NCBI GenBank assembly: GCA_045597865.1
Contig: JAZLKX010000008.1
Coordinates: 1-50,275, forward strand
Origin: Bacilli bacterium
Lineage (GTDB): Bacteria; Bacillota_I; Bacilli_A; RFN20; CAG-826
Length of the DNA: 50,275 bases
Direction: 5' to 3'
Shown: positions 42,355 through 50,275 of the stretch, piece by piece
How the letters are laid out: each line of letters starts with the position of its first letter
Position numbering within the stretch: the first letter of the stretch is position 1
Made by a program: the position numbers and the translations under genes
The notes under the pieces: generated by a model
The model's input: only the letters and a program-made list of their open reading frames with translations
What the model was told of the DNA's origin: nothing
Databases searched by the model: none

Positions 42355-42816
42355 TTACTTACCTTCTAAAGCATCAAATAAAGCTTTGTAGTTATCGTTC
42401 TTATCAATAATTTCAATTTCGCGAACGTTGTCATCAATTCTCTTGATAGAGATTTCAACATGTTTTGCTGGAATGAGAGGTTCAATAAACACTGGCCATT
42501 CAATGAATGTGATTCCGTTTCCTTCAATAAATTCATCAAGACCAATGTCTATATTTTGATTCTCTAAACGATAGGCATCAATATGGAAAACATTAGGTTT
42601 AACTTCGAAATAACATTTTAAAATGTTAAATGTTGGAGAAATAACGTGGTCTTTATAACCAAGTTCATTTAAAGCACCAGAAACAAACATTGTTTTTCCT
42701 GCACCTAAATCTCCAGTTAAAAGAACAACATCGCCGCCTTTAAGTTGTCTAACAACCTTGGCAGCTAATGCTCTAGTTTCTTCTGATTTTTTTGAAATTA
42801 CTTTGTATTTCAACAT
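42355..42816 (-). CDS. tsaE: t6A biosynthesis ATPase TsaE
   Basis: GDLGAGKT, SPTF, H.DAYRL, IEW. Confidence 0.96.
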   Translation of the reverse strand: MLKYKVISKKSEETRALAAKVVRQLKGGDVVLLTGDLGAGKTMFVSGALNELGYKDHVISPTFNILKCYFEVKPNVFHIDAYRLENQNIDIGLDEFIEGNGITFIEWPVFIEPLIPAKHVEISIKRIDDNVREIEIIDKNDNYKALFDALEGK

Positions 42817-42875
42817 ACCTAAGCCCCGATATATTATAGCAAGTTTGAAAAATTATTATATAATATTTCATAATT

Positions 42876-43763
42876 ATGATGAAAAAAGTTATTATTATCG
42901 GCGCTGGACCAATCGGTTTATACTTCGCATCTTTATGTGAAGAAAGAGGTATTGATTACCTCATTTTAGAAGGCTCAAATAAAGTGGGCGGACAAATCTC
43001 ACATTTGTACCCAGAAAAAGAAGTTGTTGACCTTCCGAATATTGAGTCAATTAAAGCTATAGATTATATAAGATTATTAGAAGGTAAAGTTAACCTAAAA
43101 AATATTGTGTTTGAAGCTCGAGTTGAATCCATCAAAAAAGGCGAAAATATTGAGGTTTCTACGGGAAAATCCACGTATTTTTGCGAGAAACTCGTTATTG
43201 CGGCAGGCCTTGGAGCATCTGTTCCTAGACCACTTGGAGTCGAACACGAAAACGAGGTTTCAAACATCATTTATTCTGTTCACGATTTCAGTCATTTAAA
43301 AGATAAACATGTTGCTATTTTTGGAGGCGGAGATTCAGCCTTAGATTGGGCAAAAGAAATCTCTGCAATTTCTGACCACGTTCATCTCATTCATAGACGT
43401 ATGGAATTTAGAGGAAATCCTGAAACAATAAAAGATTGCAAAAATTTAGCAATCCACCTTCCTTTTGTTCCTGCATCAATTGAAGTAAAGGACGGAAAAG
43501 CTGTTTCAGTTACAATCAACAAAGTGGATGAAGAAGGAAAATCAGAAACTATTCCAGTAGATTACATCTTTGTTAACTACGGTAACGTTGCAAAGCAATC
43601 AGACTTCCCGTTTGAAAAAGAAGGTTTGTTCTTAAAGGTTAATGAAAACTGCGAAATCGAAAAGAATATTTTCGCAATTGGCGATATTTGTGCATACGAA
43701 AATAAAACCAGACGTATGGCGCCTGGTATTAATGAAGCAAATAAGGTAATCAAACTTATTTAG
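42876..43763 (+). CDS. TrxR-like ferredoxin-NADP+ reductase (YumC-like)
   Basis: GAGPIG, GGQ..LYPEK.V.D, GGGDSALDW, IHRR, IGD; no CxxC. Confidence 0.88.
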   Translation: MMKKVIIIGAGPIGLYFASLCEERGIDYLILEGSNKVGGQISHLYPEKEVVDLPNIESIKAIDYIRLLEGKVNLKNIVFEARVESIKKGENIEVSTGKSTYFCEKLVIAAGLGASVPRPLGVEHENEVSNIIYSVHDFSHLKDKHVAIFGGGDSALDWAKEISAISDHVHLIHRRMEFRGNPETIKDCKNLAIHLPFVPASIEVKDGKAVSVTINKVDEEGKSETIPVDYIFVNYGNVAKQSDFPFEKEGLFLKVNENCEIEKNIFAIGDICAYENKTRRMAPGINEANKVIKLI

Positions 43764-44286
43764 AAGTATCTTCTAAAAACTTGTCGTAATATTTATGAAT
43801 TTCCTCATCAACAAAAGGAAATTCTTTTTTATTAATTGCATCATAGATGCTATTAACAGATTTCTCTAAAATCTCTTTAATGTCCTCGCTATAGCCTTGT
43901 TCTTCGGCATGTTTTCTATATTCAGACACGTCTAAAAGACGTGTTGTACCATCGCCATAGAGTTTTACATCAAGATCATAATCAATGTATTTAATGAATC
44001 CTTTGTCAAAGATTGCTGGAGATGCGATGTTTACATAGTAACAGATGCCTGTTTCTTTAAACATTGCAATAACATTGAACCATTTTTTCTTTGAAAGAAT
44101 AAAGATTGCTGGTTCTTTTGTGTGCCATTTACGGCCATCTGATTCAACAACTGCTGCTCTAATAGATGCAAGCACAAAATAATCATCGTTGTCTTCTAGA
44201 CAATAAGAATGAGTCCATTCGCGATGAAGTTGTTCGTTGTGTTTATAAGCTTGGATAATTATCCACTTTTTCTCTAATGAAAACAT
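43756..44286 (-). CDS. DUF402 family nucleoside tri/diphosphate phosphatase (YgaC-like)
   Basis: YKH...HR.W, W.T.EPA, WFNVIAM, YYVNIASP, YIDYDLD.K. Confidence 0.9.
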   Translation of the reverse strand: MFSLEKKWIIIQAYKHNEQLHREWTHSYCLEDNDDYFVLASIRAAVVESDGRKWHTKEPAIFILSKKKWFNVIAMFKETGICYYVNIASPAIFDKGFIKYIDYDLDVKLYGDGTTRLLDVSEYRKHAEEQGYSEDIKEILEKSVNSIYDAINKKEFPFVDEEIHKYYDKFLEDTSK

Positions 44287-45260
44287 TATTTATTCAACGC
44301 CTCCATTACTTTTACAACTTGTGCTAAATCTTTTTTGAATTGCTTAAGTGGTTTTGGATTAAATTGATCACCGTTTGGCGGAACCATTAATGAATCTGAA
44401 CAGCCAATACATGCATAAACTTTTCCATCGTGCATTGAAAATGCAAGATCGCACATAAATTTATTTGTTTTAATTTTATTAAGTTCAGCACGAACTTTTG
44501 GAGAAATGGCTTTTTTAACATCTGTTTTTGAGCCATAAATAATCATTTTATCGTTGTCTTCTGCAACTTTTAAGTTATCGATGTTTGTTGGTGGCAAAGG
44601 CAGCTCAGTTCCTTTGAAGTAAATTGCAACTGTGTTGCCGTCTGTGTATTTGCAAGCACAATGAACAAGTTTTCCTATGAAAACTGGTTGATAACCTCTA
44701 GGGCCTCTTATGTTTCCGGCACAATCAACAATCCTAAAAGGAATGCTGTTATAATTAAATTCAGTTAAACCTCTGGAACGAACTTCAATGAGATTCGCAT
44801 AAAGTCTGGTGTCAACCAATAGATCAAGATCTATTTTCCAAGGTGTTTGAAGTTCAACATCACTAAAACCTTCTCCATCAAAAACATAATCATTGTACTT
44901 TGAAACAATTTGATGAAGATATTCATCAAGTCTTTTTGTATTGAGTTTATGTGTTAATACAAGAACGGCGAAAGCTAAAACAACAATTCCAATAGGAACC
45001 GCTATTCTCCATTTATACTCTGCTGGTATTAAAACCATTGTTAAAATAGCGCCGACTGCAGTAATTGCGGCAAACGCTATGCGAATAGAATTAATCATTC
45101 TATATTTTGAGAAATATTTTGCTCTTGTGTCTTCAATATTTTTTAAAACTTCGTGGTCATAATTAATTGGTTCCACGACAGGTGTGTCTGTAGGAACGTA
45201 GTCGTTTTGAACTTCGTTCTCAACCACTACTTCTTCTTGTTTTTCTTCTTGTTTCTTCAT
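44286..45260 (-). CDS. Hypothetical protein with two TM helices and a soluble domain (DUF3137-like layout)
   Basis: Acidic N-terminus, helical hairpin, about 210-aa soluble region; GGAG RBS; TAATG overlap with the DUF402 gene. Confidence 0.65.
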   Translation of the reverse strand: MKKQEEKQEEVVVENEVQNDYVPTDTPVVEPINYDHEVLKNIEDTRAKYFSKYRMINSIRIAFAAITAVGAILTMVLIPAEYKWRIAVPIGIVVLAFAVLVLTHKLNTKRLDEYLHQIVSKYNDYVFDGEGFSDVELQTPWKIDLDLLVDTRLYANLIEVRSRGLTEFNYNSIPFRIVDCAGNIRGPRGYQPVFIGKLVHCACKYTDGNTVAIYFKGTELPLPPTNIDNLKVAEDNDKMIIYGSKTDVKKAISPKVRAELNKIKTNKFMCDLAFSMHDGKVYACIGCSDSLMVPPNGDQFNPKPLKQFKKDLAQVVKVMEALNK

Positions 45261-45309
45261 AGGTATTTCAACTCCAATGTTGAGATAATATTAAAGTATT
45301 ATCAAAGCA

Positions 45310-45858
45310 TTAGCAAATGCTTTTTACTGGAAAACGAGAATTAACTAACAAAAGCGGCTTATATAATATAAGCATGAGTGCTATTACAAACCCTGCGCTT
45401 GGGCCGATATAAGTGAGATTGTAGATAAGAGCAGGAACAAGAGCATATTCATATAAAACAATAGAAGAAATTGTTGCAAAAACAAGTCTTCCAAAACAAC
45501 TCAAAAGAAGTGCAATTACAACAAAAATGATTCCTTTCCAAATTGACTTGGATTCTAGAATAGGTTTCTTAAAGAAACCTGCTATTGCAATTGAACCATA
45601 TCCAAGTAAGTAATCAAATGGAAATGTTTGTATTCCCCAACCATCAATTCCACAGGTAATAATTCCATAAACAATTCCACATCCAATAAAGCCTTTAAGT
45701 GGGCCTCTTCTAATTGCTAAAACGAAAAGAGGAACCATTGTAAAAGAAATAGATCCGCCATTTTGTCCGATTCTAAATTTTAGAAATGGCAAATCTAAAA
45801 TGATTGCTAATGCCACAAGCATTGCAGTCTCAACCATTTCTTGAACCGAAATTTTCAA
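45310..45858 (-). CDS. thiT: Energy-coupled thiamine transporter S-component
   Basis: E.AM.VALAIILD, QNGGSIS, RRGPLKG, DYLL, YNLTY; TPP riboswitch upstream; TTG start. Confidence 0.9.
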   Translation of the reverse strand: MKISVQEMVETAMLVALAIILDLPFLKFRIGQNGGSISFTMVPLFVLAIRRGPLKGFIGCGIVYGIITCGIDGWGIQTFPFDYLLGYGSIAIAGFFKKPILESKSIWKGIIFVVIALLLSCFGRLVFATISSIVLYEYALVPALIYNLTYIGPSAGFVIALMLILYKPLLLVNSRFPVKSIC

Positions 45859-45886
45859 AATAAAATCCGCCTTTCTTAGCGGACTC
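45859..45886 (-). terminator. TPP expression-platform hairpin (terminator/SD sequester)
   Basis: GAGTCCGC-TAAGAAAG-GCGGATTT-TATTTTG; SD-like AAGGCGG lies in the loop end and 3' arm. Confidence 0.75.
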
Positions 45887-45896
45887 CATGTAAAAC

Positions 45897-45986
45897 ACTT
45901 ACCTCCGCTAGCATTACCTAGATCAGGTTCGGTTTAACTTCGTATCAGAAGTAATCTCAGCAAGGTTACCCAAGCTCCCGTAAAAT
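45897..45986 (-). ncRNA. TPP riboswitch aptamer
   Basis: GGGAGC...GCUGAGA...ACCGAACCUGAUCUAGGUAAUGCUAGCGGAGG consensus elements upstream of thiT. Confidence 0.95.
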
Positions 45987-45999
45987 AATTATAGAATTT

Positions 46000-46656
46000 C
46001 TAGTTATTCCAATCAATCTTTTTTAGATTATTTTTCTCCAAAAATTCATTACACAAATTGAATTGATTTTCGTGGAACCAACCACCGTGATTTGCGCCTA
46101 GTGGAGACGGGTGTGTTCTCTTAATTACAATGTGGTTTTTGTTGGTGATAAATTTCTCATATTTTTGAGCTGGACCACCCCAAAGCATGTATACAATTGG
46201 TTGGTCGATTTTCTCCAAAAATCCCAGTAAATCCCCCACAAAACACGCATATTCTTTAATTTTATGAGACATTGGTTCACCTTCTCTAACAGTCAAAATC
46301 GTGTTCACCAAGAATACTCCTTGCTTGGTCAAATAAGTGAGGTCTCCAAGACGTTTACAAGGCTTGCCAGTTTCGATTTCAATCTCCTTAAAAATGTTCA
46401 CTAAACTTGGTGGACATTTGCAAGAATTTGGCACCGAAAAAGCTAGACCCATCGCTTGTCCTTTTTCGTGATATGGATCTTGCCCAATAACAATAACTTT
46501 TACTTGGTCAAGCGGAGTTAAAATGAATGCATTAAAAATAAGTTCTCTTGGTGGAAAAACTGTGTGATCTGCATATTCCTCATCCAAAAACTGATTAAGG
46601 GTCTTCCAATAATCTTTTGTTTTAACTATTTCAAAGAAATTGTTCCAGGTTTGCAT
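46000..46656 (-). CDS. ung: Uracil-DNA glycosylase
   Basis: GQDPYH, GLAFS, PPSL.NI, LWG, HPSPL; start moved to ATG 46656. Confidence 0.96.
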   Translation of the reverse strand: MQTWNNFFEIVKTKDYWKTLNQFLDEEYADHTVFPPRELIFNAFILTPLDQVKVIVIGQDPYHEKGQAMGLAFSVPNSCKCPPSLVNIFKEIEIETGKPCKRLGDLTYLTKQGVFLVNTILTVREGEPMSHKIKEYACFVGDLLGFLEKIDQPIVYMLWGGPAQKYEKFITNKNHIVIKRTHPSPLGANHGGWFHENQFNLCNEFLEKNNLKKIDWNN

Positions 46657-46715
46657 AACACAATAATTATAACTATCTATTAGACCGAATAACAATGTAT
46701 AATTGTATTAGGTCT

Positions 46716-47789
46716 ATGAAAAAAGTCTTAATTGTCTTCAATCACCCTGCTCCATACAAAGTTAGATTATTTAACGAATTATCTAAAACTTTCGAATTGC
46801 ATGTAATTTTTGAAAGGGAGAAAGCAAGCGATAGAAATAATAAGTTTTATTTTGAAAATGAATACAGGTTTTTCCATCATCATGTGAAAGGTCTTCCTTT
46901 AGGAAGAGAAAATTTTATTTCAAGTAGAATTGTCCGCCACATCAAAAATAGAAAATATGATCTTGTTATTATGAATGGTTATTCAACGTTCGCTGAAATG
47001 AAGACAATTCGCTATCTCAAAAGAAACAAGATTCCATATGTCTTCTACGTCAATGGCGGAATTATTAAACCAAACGAATGCAAATTTAAGAAAAATCTAA
47101 AAACAAAATATATTTCTGGTGCAAAAGCTTATTTATCACCGGACGAAAACTCAAATAAGTATTTAGAGTACTATGGGGCGAACCCAGAAGTAATCTATAA
47201 CTATCCATACTCCACAATCTATGAACACGAACTAGCAAAACTTCCAAAAGCTGAAAGCATTAGAGTCTTTGATAAAGTGTTTGTTTCGTCTGGTCAACTC
47301 ATCAAAAGAAAGAACTACATGAGCTTAGTTAAGGAATGGAAAAACTATCCTGAAAACTATGGTTTATATATTTATGGTGATGGAAAAGAGAAAAACAAAA
47401 TTCAGCGATTTATCCAGGAAAACCATATGAAAAACGTGGTTTTAGCGGGTTTTTTGAATCATCGTAAGATGTTAGATTCCTTCAATGATGCTGACATTTT
47501 TCTCTTCCCATCTAACGAAGATATTTATGGTCACGTCATCAATGAGGCACTATCTCAAGGCATCCCTGTAATCTCCACTAAAAAGGTCAACGCATCCTTG
47601 AAACTTGTTAAAGATAAATATAATGGTTTCTTGCTCGATGAGCTTTCTGGTCAACCACTTAAAGATGCAATTGAATTCTGTTTAAATAATAATCTTTCAG
47701 CAAACTGTGTTGAATCAGCAACACCATATACTATTGAAAAATCTGCAAACGCACATGTTGAGATTCTTAATGAGGTCATGAGCAAATGA
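46716..47789 (+). CDS. Glycosyltransferase family 4
   Basis: NHPAPY, GQLIKRKN, FLFPSNEDIYGHVINEALSQGIPVIST; start ATG 46716. Confidence 0.9.
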   Translation: MKKVLIVFNHPAPYKVRLFNELSKTFELHVIFEREKASDRNNKFYFENEYRFFHHHVKGLPLGRENFISSRIVRHIKNRKYDLVIMNGYSTFAEMKTIRYLKRNKIPYVFYVNGGIIKPNECKFKKNLKTKYISGAKAYLSPDENSNKYLEYYGANPEVIYNYPYSTIYEHELAKLPKAESIRVFDKVFVSSGQLIKRKNYMSLVKEWKNYPENYGLYIYGDGKEKNKIQRFIQENHMKNVVLAGFLNHRKMLDSFNDADIFLFPSNEDIYGHVINEALSQGIPVISTKKVNASLKLVKDKYNGFLLDELSGQPLKDAIEFCLNNNLSANCVESATPYTIEKSANAHVEILNEVMSK

Positions 47790-48955
47790 ATGTACTAGTT
47801 TTTTCAGGAGCTATGGCAGAAAATGATTTTGCAACTTTTCAAAATGAAGCAAAAATTAAACCAAACCCATCAAATCAAAACTTTTATTCAAAACTTATAA
47901 AATGTATTGCTTTAAGAAACAATGTTTCTGTTGTTTCGCATAGACCTTTCGCAAAAGGTATGATCAAAGATAAATATCTTGAATCAGACATTGTTACAGA
48001 AGGTAATGTCAGATTTTTCTATACTTATAGAGAAACATCTAAAGTATATAAAGTTCTTAGAGAGCAAAACGAAATAATTAAAAATGCTCATAGAGCAATT
48101 GAAGAATTCCACAGCAATGATTTTATCATTGTGGTAGATACTCTTCGTTTAAGCTTACTTAAAGCTGCTAAAAAGGTAGCGACTGAATACAACGTTAAGA
48201 TTGTCGGAGTGTTAACTGATAATCCAGACAATCTTTCAAGTTTGTTGAAATCTTATGCTTTGCATATAAAACGTCTTGTTCGTTCTTTAGATGGTTATTT
48301 ATCGTTAACGGACGGACTTGTTCAAGTCTTTAATGGTTACAAACCATCTTATGTTTTTGAAGGACTTGTGGATTCTCCAGATGTTTTCAAAAAAGACCCT
48401 ATTTATGATTACTATTTCTTCGCGGGTTCATTATATGAAAGATACGGAGTTAAGACTTTAGTTGATGCATTCCATGAATCAAATATTAAGTCTAAACTCG
48501 TTGTTGCTGGTGCAGGTCCGCTCGCGAAATATATTGAACATCTTTCATATGATGATTATAGAATCTTGTATTTGCCACAACTTTCAAGAGACAAAATTCT
48601 TGGTTATGAAAGAAATGCAATTGTAAACATTAATCCAAGACCGCTTGATCCTAAATTAGATAACGAATCAGTTCCATCTAAGTTAATTGAGTACCTTTCA
48701 AATGGCCAACCAGTCTTGTCTACAAAGTATCCAAAACTCTATGGACCATTTAAAGATGATGTCTTTTGGATTGAAGATTCGTCTTTAGAAGGTATGAGAA
48801 GAGCACTTGAAGAATTTGCAAAGGCTGATATTAATGATGCCAAAAGAAAAGCCTACATTGCTAAGATGAAGGCTTTCGAATTCTATGGTTTGGAAGTGCA
48901 ATCAGAATCAATTAATCACTTCTTAACTTCCATTAATTCATCTAGTAATAATTGA
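47786..48955 (+). CDS. Glycosyltransferase (GT-B, family 4-like)
   Basis: FAGSL.ERYG, GAG, INPR, PSKLIEYLSNGQPVLST; ATGA overlap. Confidence 0.85.
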   Translation: MNVLVFSGAMAENDFATFQNEAKIKPNPSNQNFYSKLIKCIALRNNVSVVSHRPFAKGMIKDKYLESDIVTEGNVRFFYTYRETSKVYKVLREQNEIIKNAHRAIEEFHSNDFIIVVDTLRLSLLKAAKKVATEYNVKIVGVLTDNPDNLSSLLKSYALHIKRLVRSLDGYLSLTDGLVQVFNGYKPSYVFEGLVDSPDVFKKDPIYDYYFFAGSLYERYGVKTLVDAFHESNIKSKLVVAGAGPLAKYIEHLSYDDYRILYLPQLSRDKILGYERNAIVNINPRPLDPKLDNESVPSKLIEYLSNGQPVLSTKYPKLYGPFKDDVFWIEDSSLEGMRRALEEFAKADINDAKRKAYIAKMKAFEFYGLEVQSESINHFLTSINSSSNN

Positions 48956-50103
48956 GTTAGTTTTTCGGTAGTAAAATTAGCTTCAAAATATTGTTTATTA
49001 TTAAGACCTAGCTGGTCTTTTTCTTTTTGATCCATCACAATGATTTTATTGATAATTTCCCCAATTTCCTGGGCATTTTCCCCTGCAAAAACCGCACCTT
49101 TTGCATTTTCGAGCAATATTTTGGAGTCTCCTTGAACAACGCCAATGATAGGTTTTCCGTACTTCAAATATTGAATTGCTTTATTAGGTATTGTCTTGCC
49201 TACATAACCATCATTTTTAAGGGAAACAATTAAGGCGTCTGCATTTGCAAAATAAGCCTCAGCTTTTTCGATTGGAAGATTACCGTGGTATTCAACCTTA
49301 TCTCCAAGTCCATCCACCACAATTTGTTTCTCAACTTGTTTAAGTAAACTTCCTGTTCCAAGCAAATGTAATTTAATGTCGTAACTCTTAACAAATCTCA
49401 TTGCTTTTACAAGAGTATCAATCATTTGCATGCTTCCAATATTGCCAGCGTACACTAGATTTGTTTTATTTTGGTATTTAATAGGCTCTTCTTCTTTAGA
49501 GGACTTAATGACTGGTTGATTTACCACATTGAAAACTTTGTCTTCTATATGGAGCTCTTTTTCAAAATATTCTTTGAATGATGGAGAGGAAATAACAATA
49601 CGATTAAATTTGGAATAAATAGATTTGCTCCATTTATATAAAATCTTATGTGCAAGAGAGTTTCTTCTAACTTGTCCAGTTACCACTGCAGCTTCTGGCC
49701 AAAGGTCTTGGCAATAAAGAACGCTTGGGACTTTATGTTTCTTTGCATAAAGTAAAGCAGGTGCTACTGAAATGATTGGAGAGAGTGAAACACCTAAAAC
49801 AACATCAAATTCTTCTTTGAAATGTCTTACAAATCTTTTGGCGTTTCTATGAAATGATAAATAGTTTCGTATTAAAGATCTTCTAGAGTCTTTTCTTGCA
49901 ACTAATTTAACACGGTGAACTTTGACACCATTAATTTCTTCATACTTAATATCTTTGTATTCAGGAAGTATTTCCTTAAAGCCATAATTTGGTTTACCGG
50001 TTAAAACTGTTACTTCATGCCCAAACTTCACTAAAGTTTCAGCAAAATCAGTAACAGAGAATCTCTCTGGATAATAATACTGGCTTACAAGTAATATTTT
50101 CAT
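48916..50103 (-). CDS. Glycosyltransferase family 4 (WbuB/Cap-like)
   Basis: SQYYYPE, TGKPNY, NYLSF, QDLWPE, YAGNIG.MQ, TIPNK...Y...GKPI. Confidence 0.9.
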   Translation of the reverse strand: MKILLVSQYYYPERFSVTDFAETLVKFGHEVTVLTGKPNYGFKEILPEYKDIKYEEINGVKVHRVKLVARKDSRRSLIRNYLSFHRNAKRFVRHFKEEFDVVLGVSLSPIISVAPALLYAKKHKVPSVLYCQDLWPEAAVVTGQVRRNSLAHKILYKWSKSIYSKFNRIVISSPSFKEYFEKELHIEDKVFNVVNQPVIKSSKEEEPIKYQNKTNLVYAGNIGSMQMIDTLVKAMRFVKSYDIKLHLLGTGSLLKQVEKQIVVDGLGDKVEYHGNLPIEKAEAYFANADALIVSLKNDGYVGKTIPNKAIQYLKYGKPIIGVVQGDSKILLENAKGAVFAGENAQEIGEIINKIIVMDQKEKDQLGLNNKQYFEANFTTEKLTQLLLDELMEVKK

Positions 50104-50167
50104 ATCTGTCTAGTATTATATACTACATAAATATTATTTAATATAAAGAAAGTGCTTATACGCATAA

Positions 50168-50212
50168 TAAAAGATCAACTTGCGAGTTAATCGTAGAGGT
50201 TGATCTTTATTT
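50168..50212. terminator. Hairpin/terminator upstream of last GT gene
   Basis: AAAGATCAAC...TGCGA-GTTAA-TCGTA...GTTGATCTTT inverted repeat with A/T flanks. Confidence 0.6.
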
Positions 50213-50220
50213 GCATTAAA

Positions 50221-50275
50221 TTATTTTGCAAAAGAGAAGGTAACAGAAACCCCAGAAACAGTTCCGGAAGTAAAC
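50221..50275 (-). CDS. 3' end of a CDS entering from beyond the window
   Basis: Open frame ...FTSGTVSGVSVTFSFAK* ending TAA at 50221, followed by a terminator-like hairpin; too short to identify. Confidence 0.4.
   Translation of the reverse strand, partial: FTSGTVSGVSVTFSFAK

Overview
Gene-dense, AT-rich (by eye roughly one-third GC) core-genome segment read with the standard bacterial code; TGA is used as a stop. Gene content (pcrA-ligA-gatCAB, tsaEB-rimI-tsaD, ECF S-components QueT/ThiT, class III RNR, GGGtGRT pair, lipoproteins) suggests a streamlined anaerobic Bacillota, possibly an uncultured host-associated Bacilli lineage (inference only). About 54 CDSs are supported, including two small ORFs (58 and 53 aa) and a partial queA that the ORF track misses. 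Two riboswitches are visible: preQ1-I before queT and TPP before thiT. I saw no rRNA, tRNA, CRISPR array, IS or prophage. The strongest candidate for an undescribed system is an anaerobic ribonucleotide reductase (NrdD) fused to a CPNC redoxin domain and followed after 1 nt by a thioredoxin reductase that has lost its NADPH-binding motifs, suggesting a self-contained, probably ferredoxin-fed, electron relay. Other leads are a flavin-reductase-like gene embedded in the preQ1-regulated queT-tgt-queA salvage unit, the stand-alone NifU-like/GGGtGRT operon, a flavin-reductase/PCP_red-like fusion and a structured nrdD leader. All family assignments come from motif recognition by eye, not from database searches.
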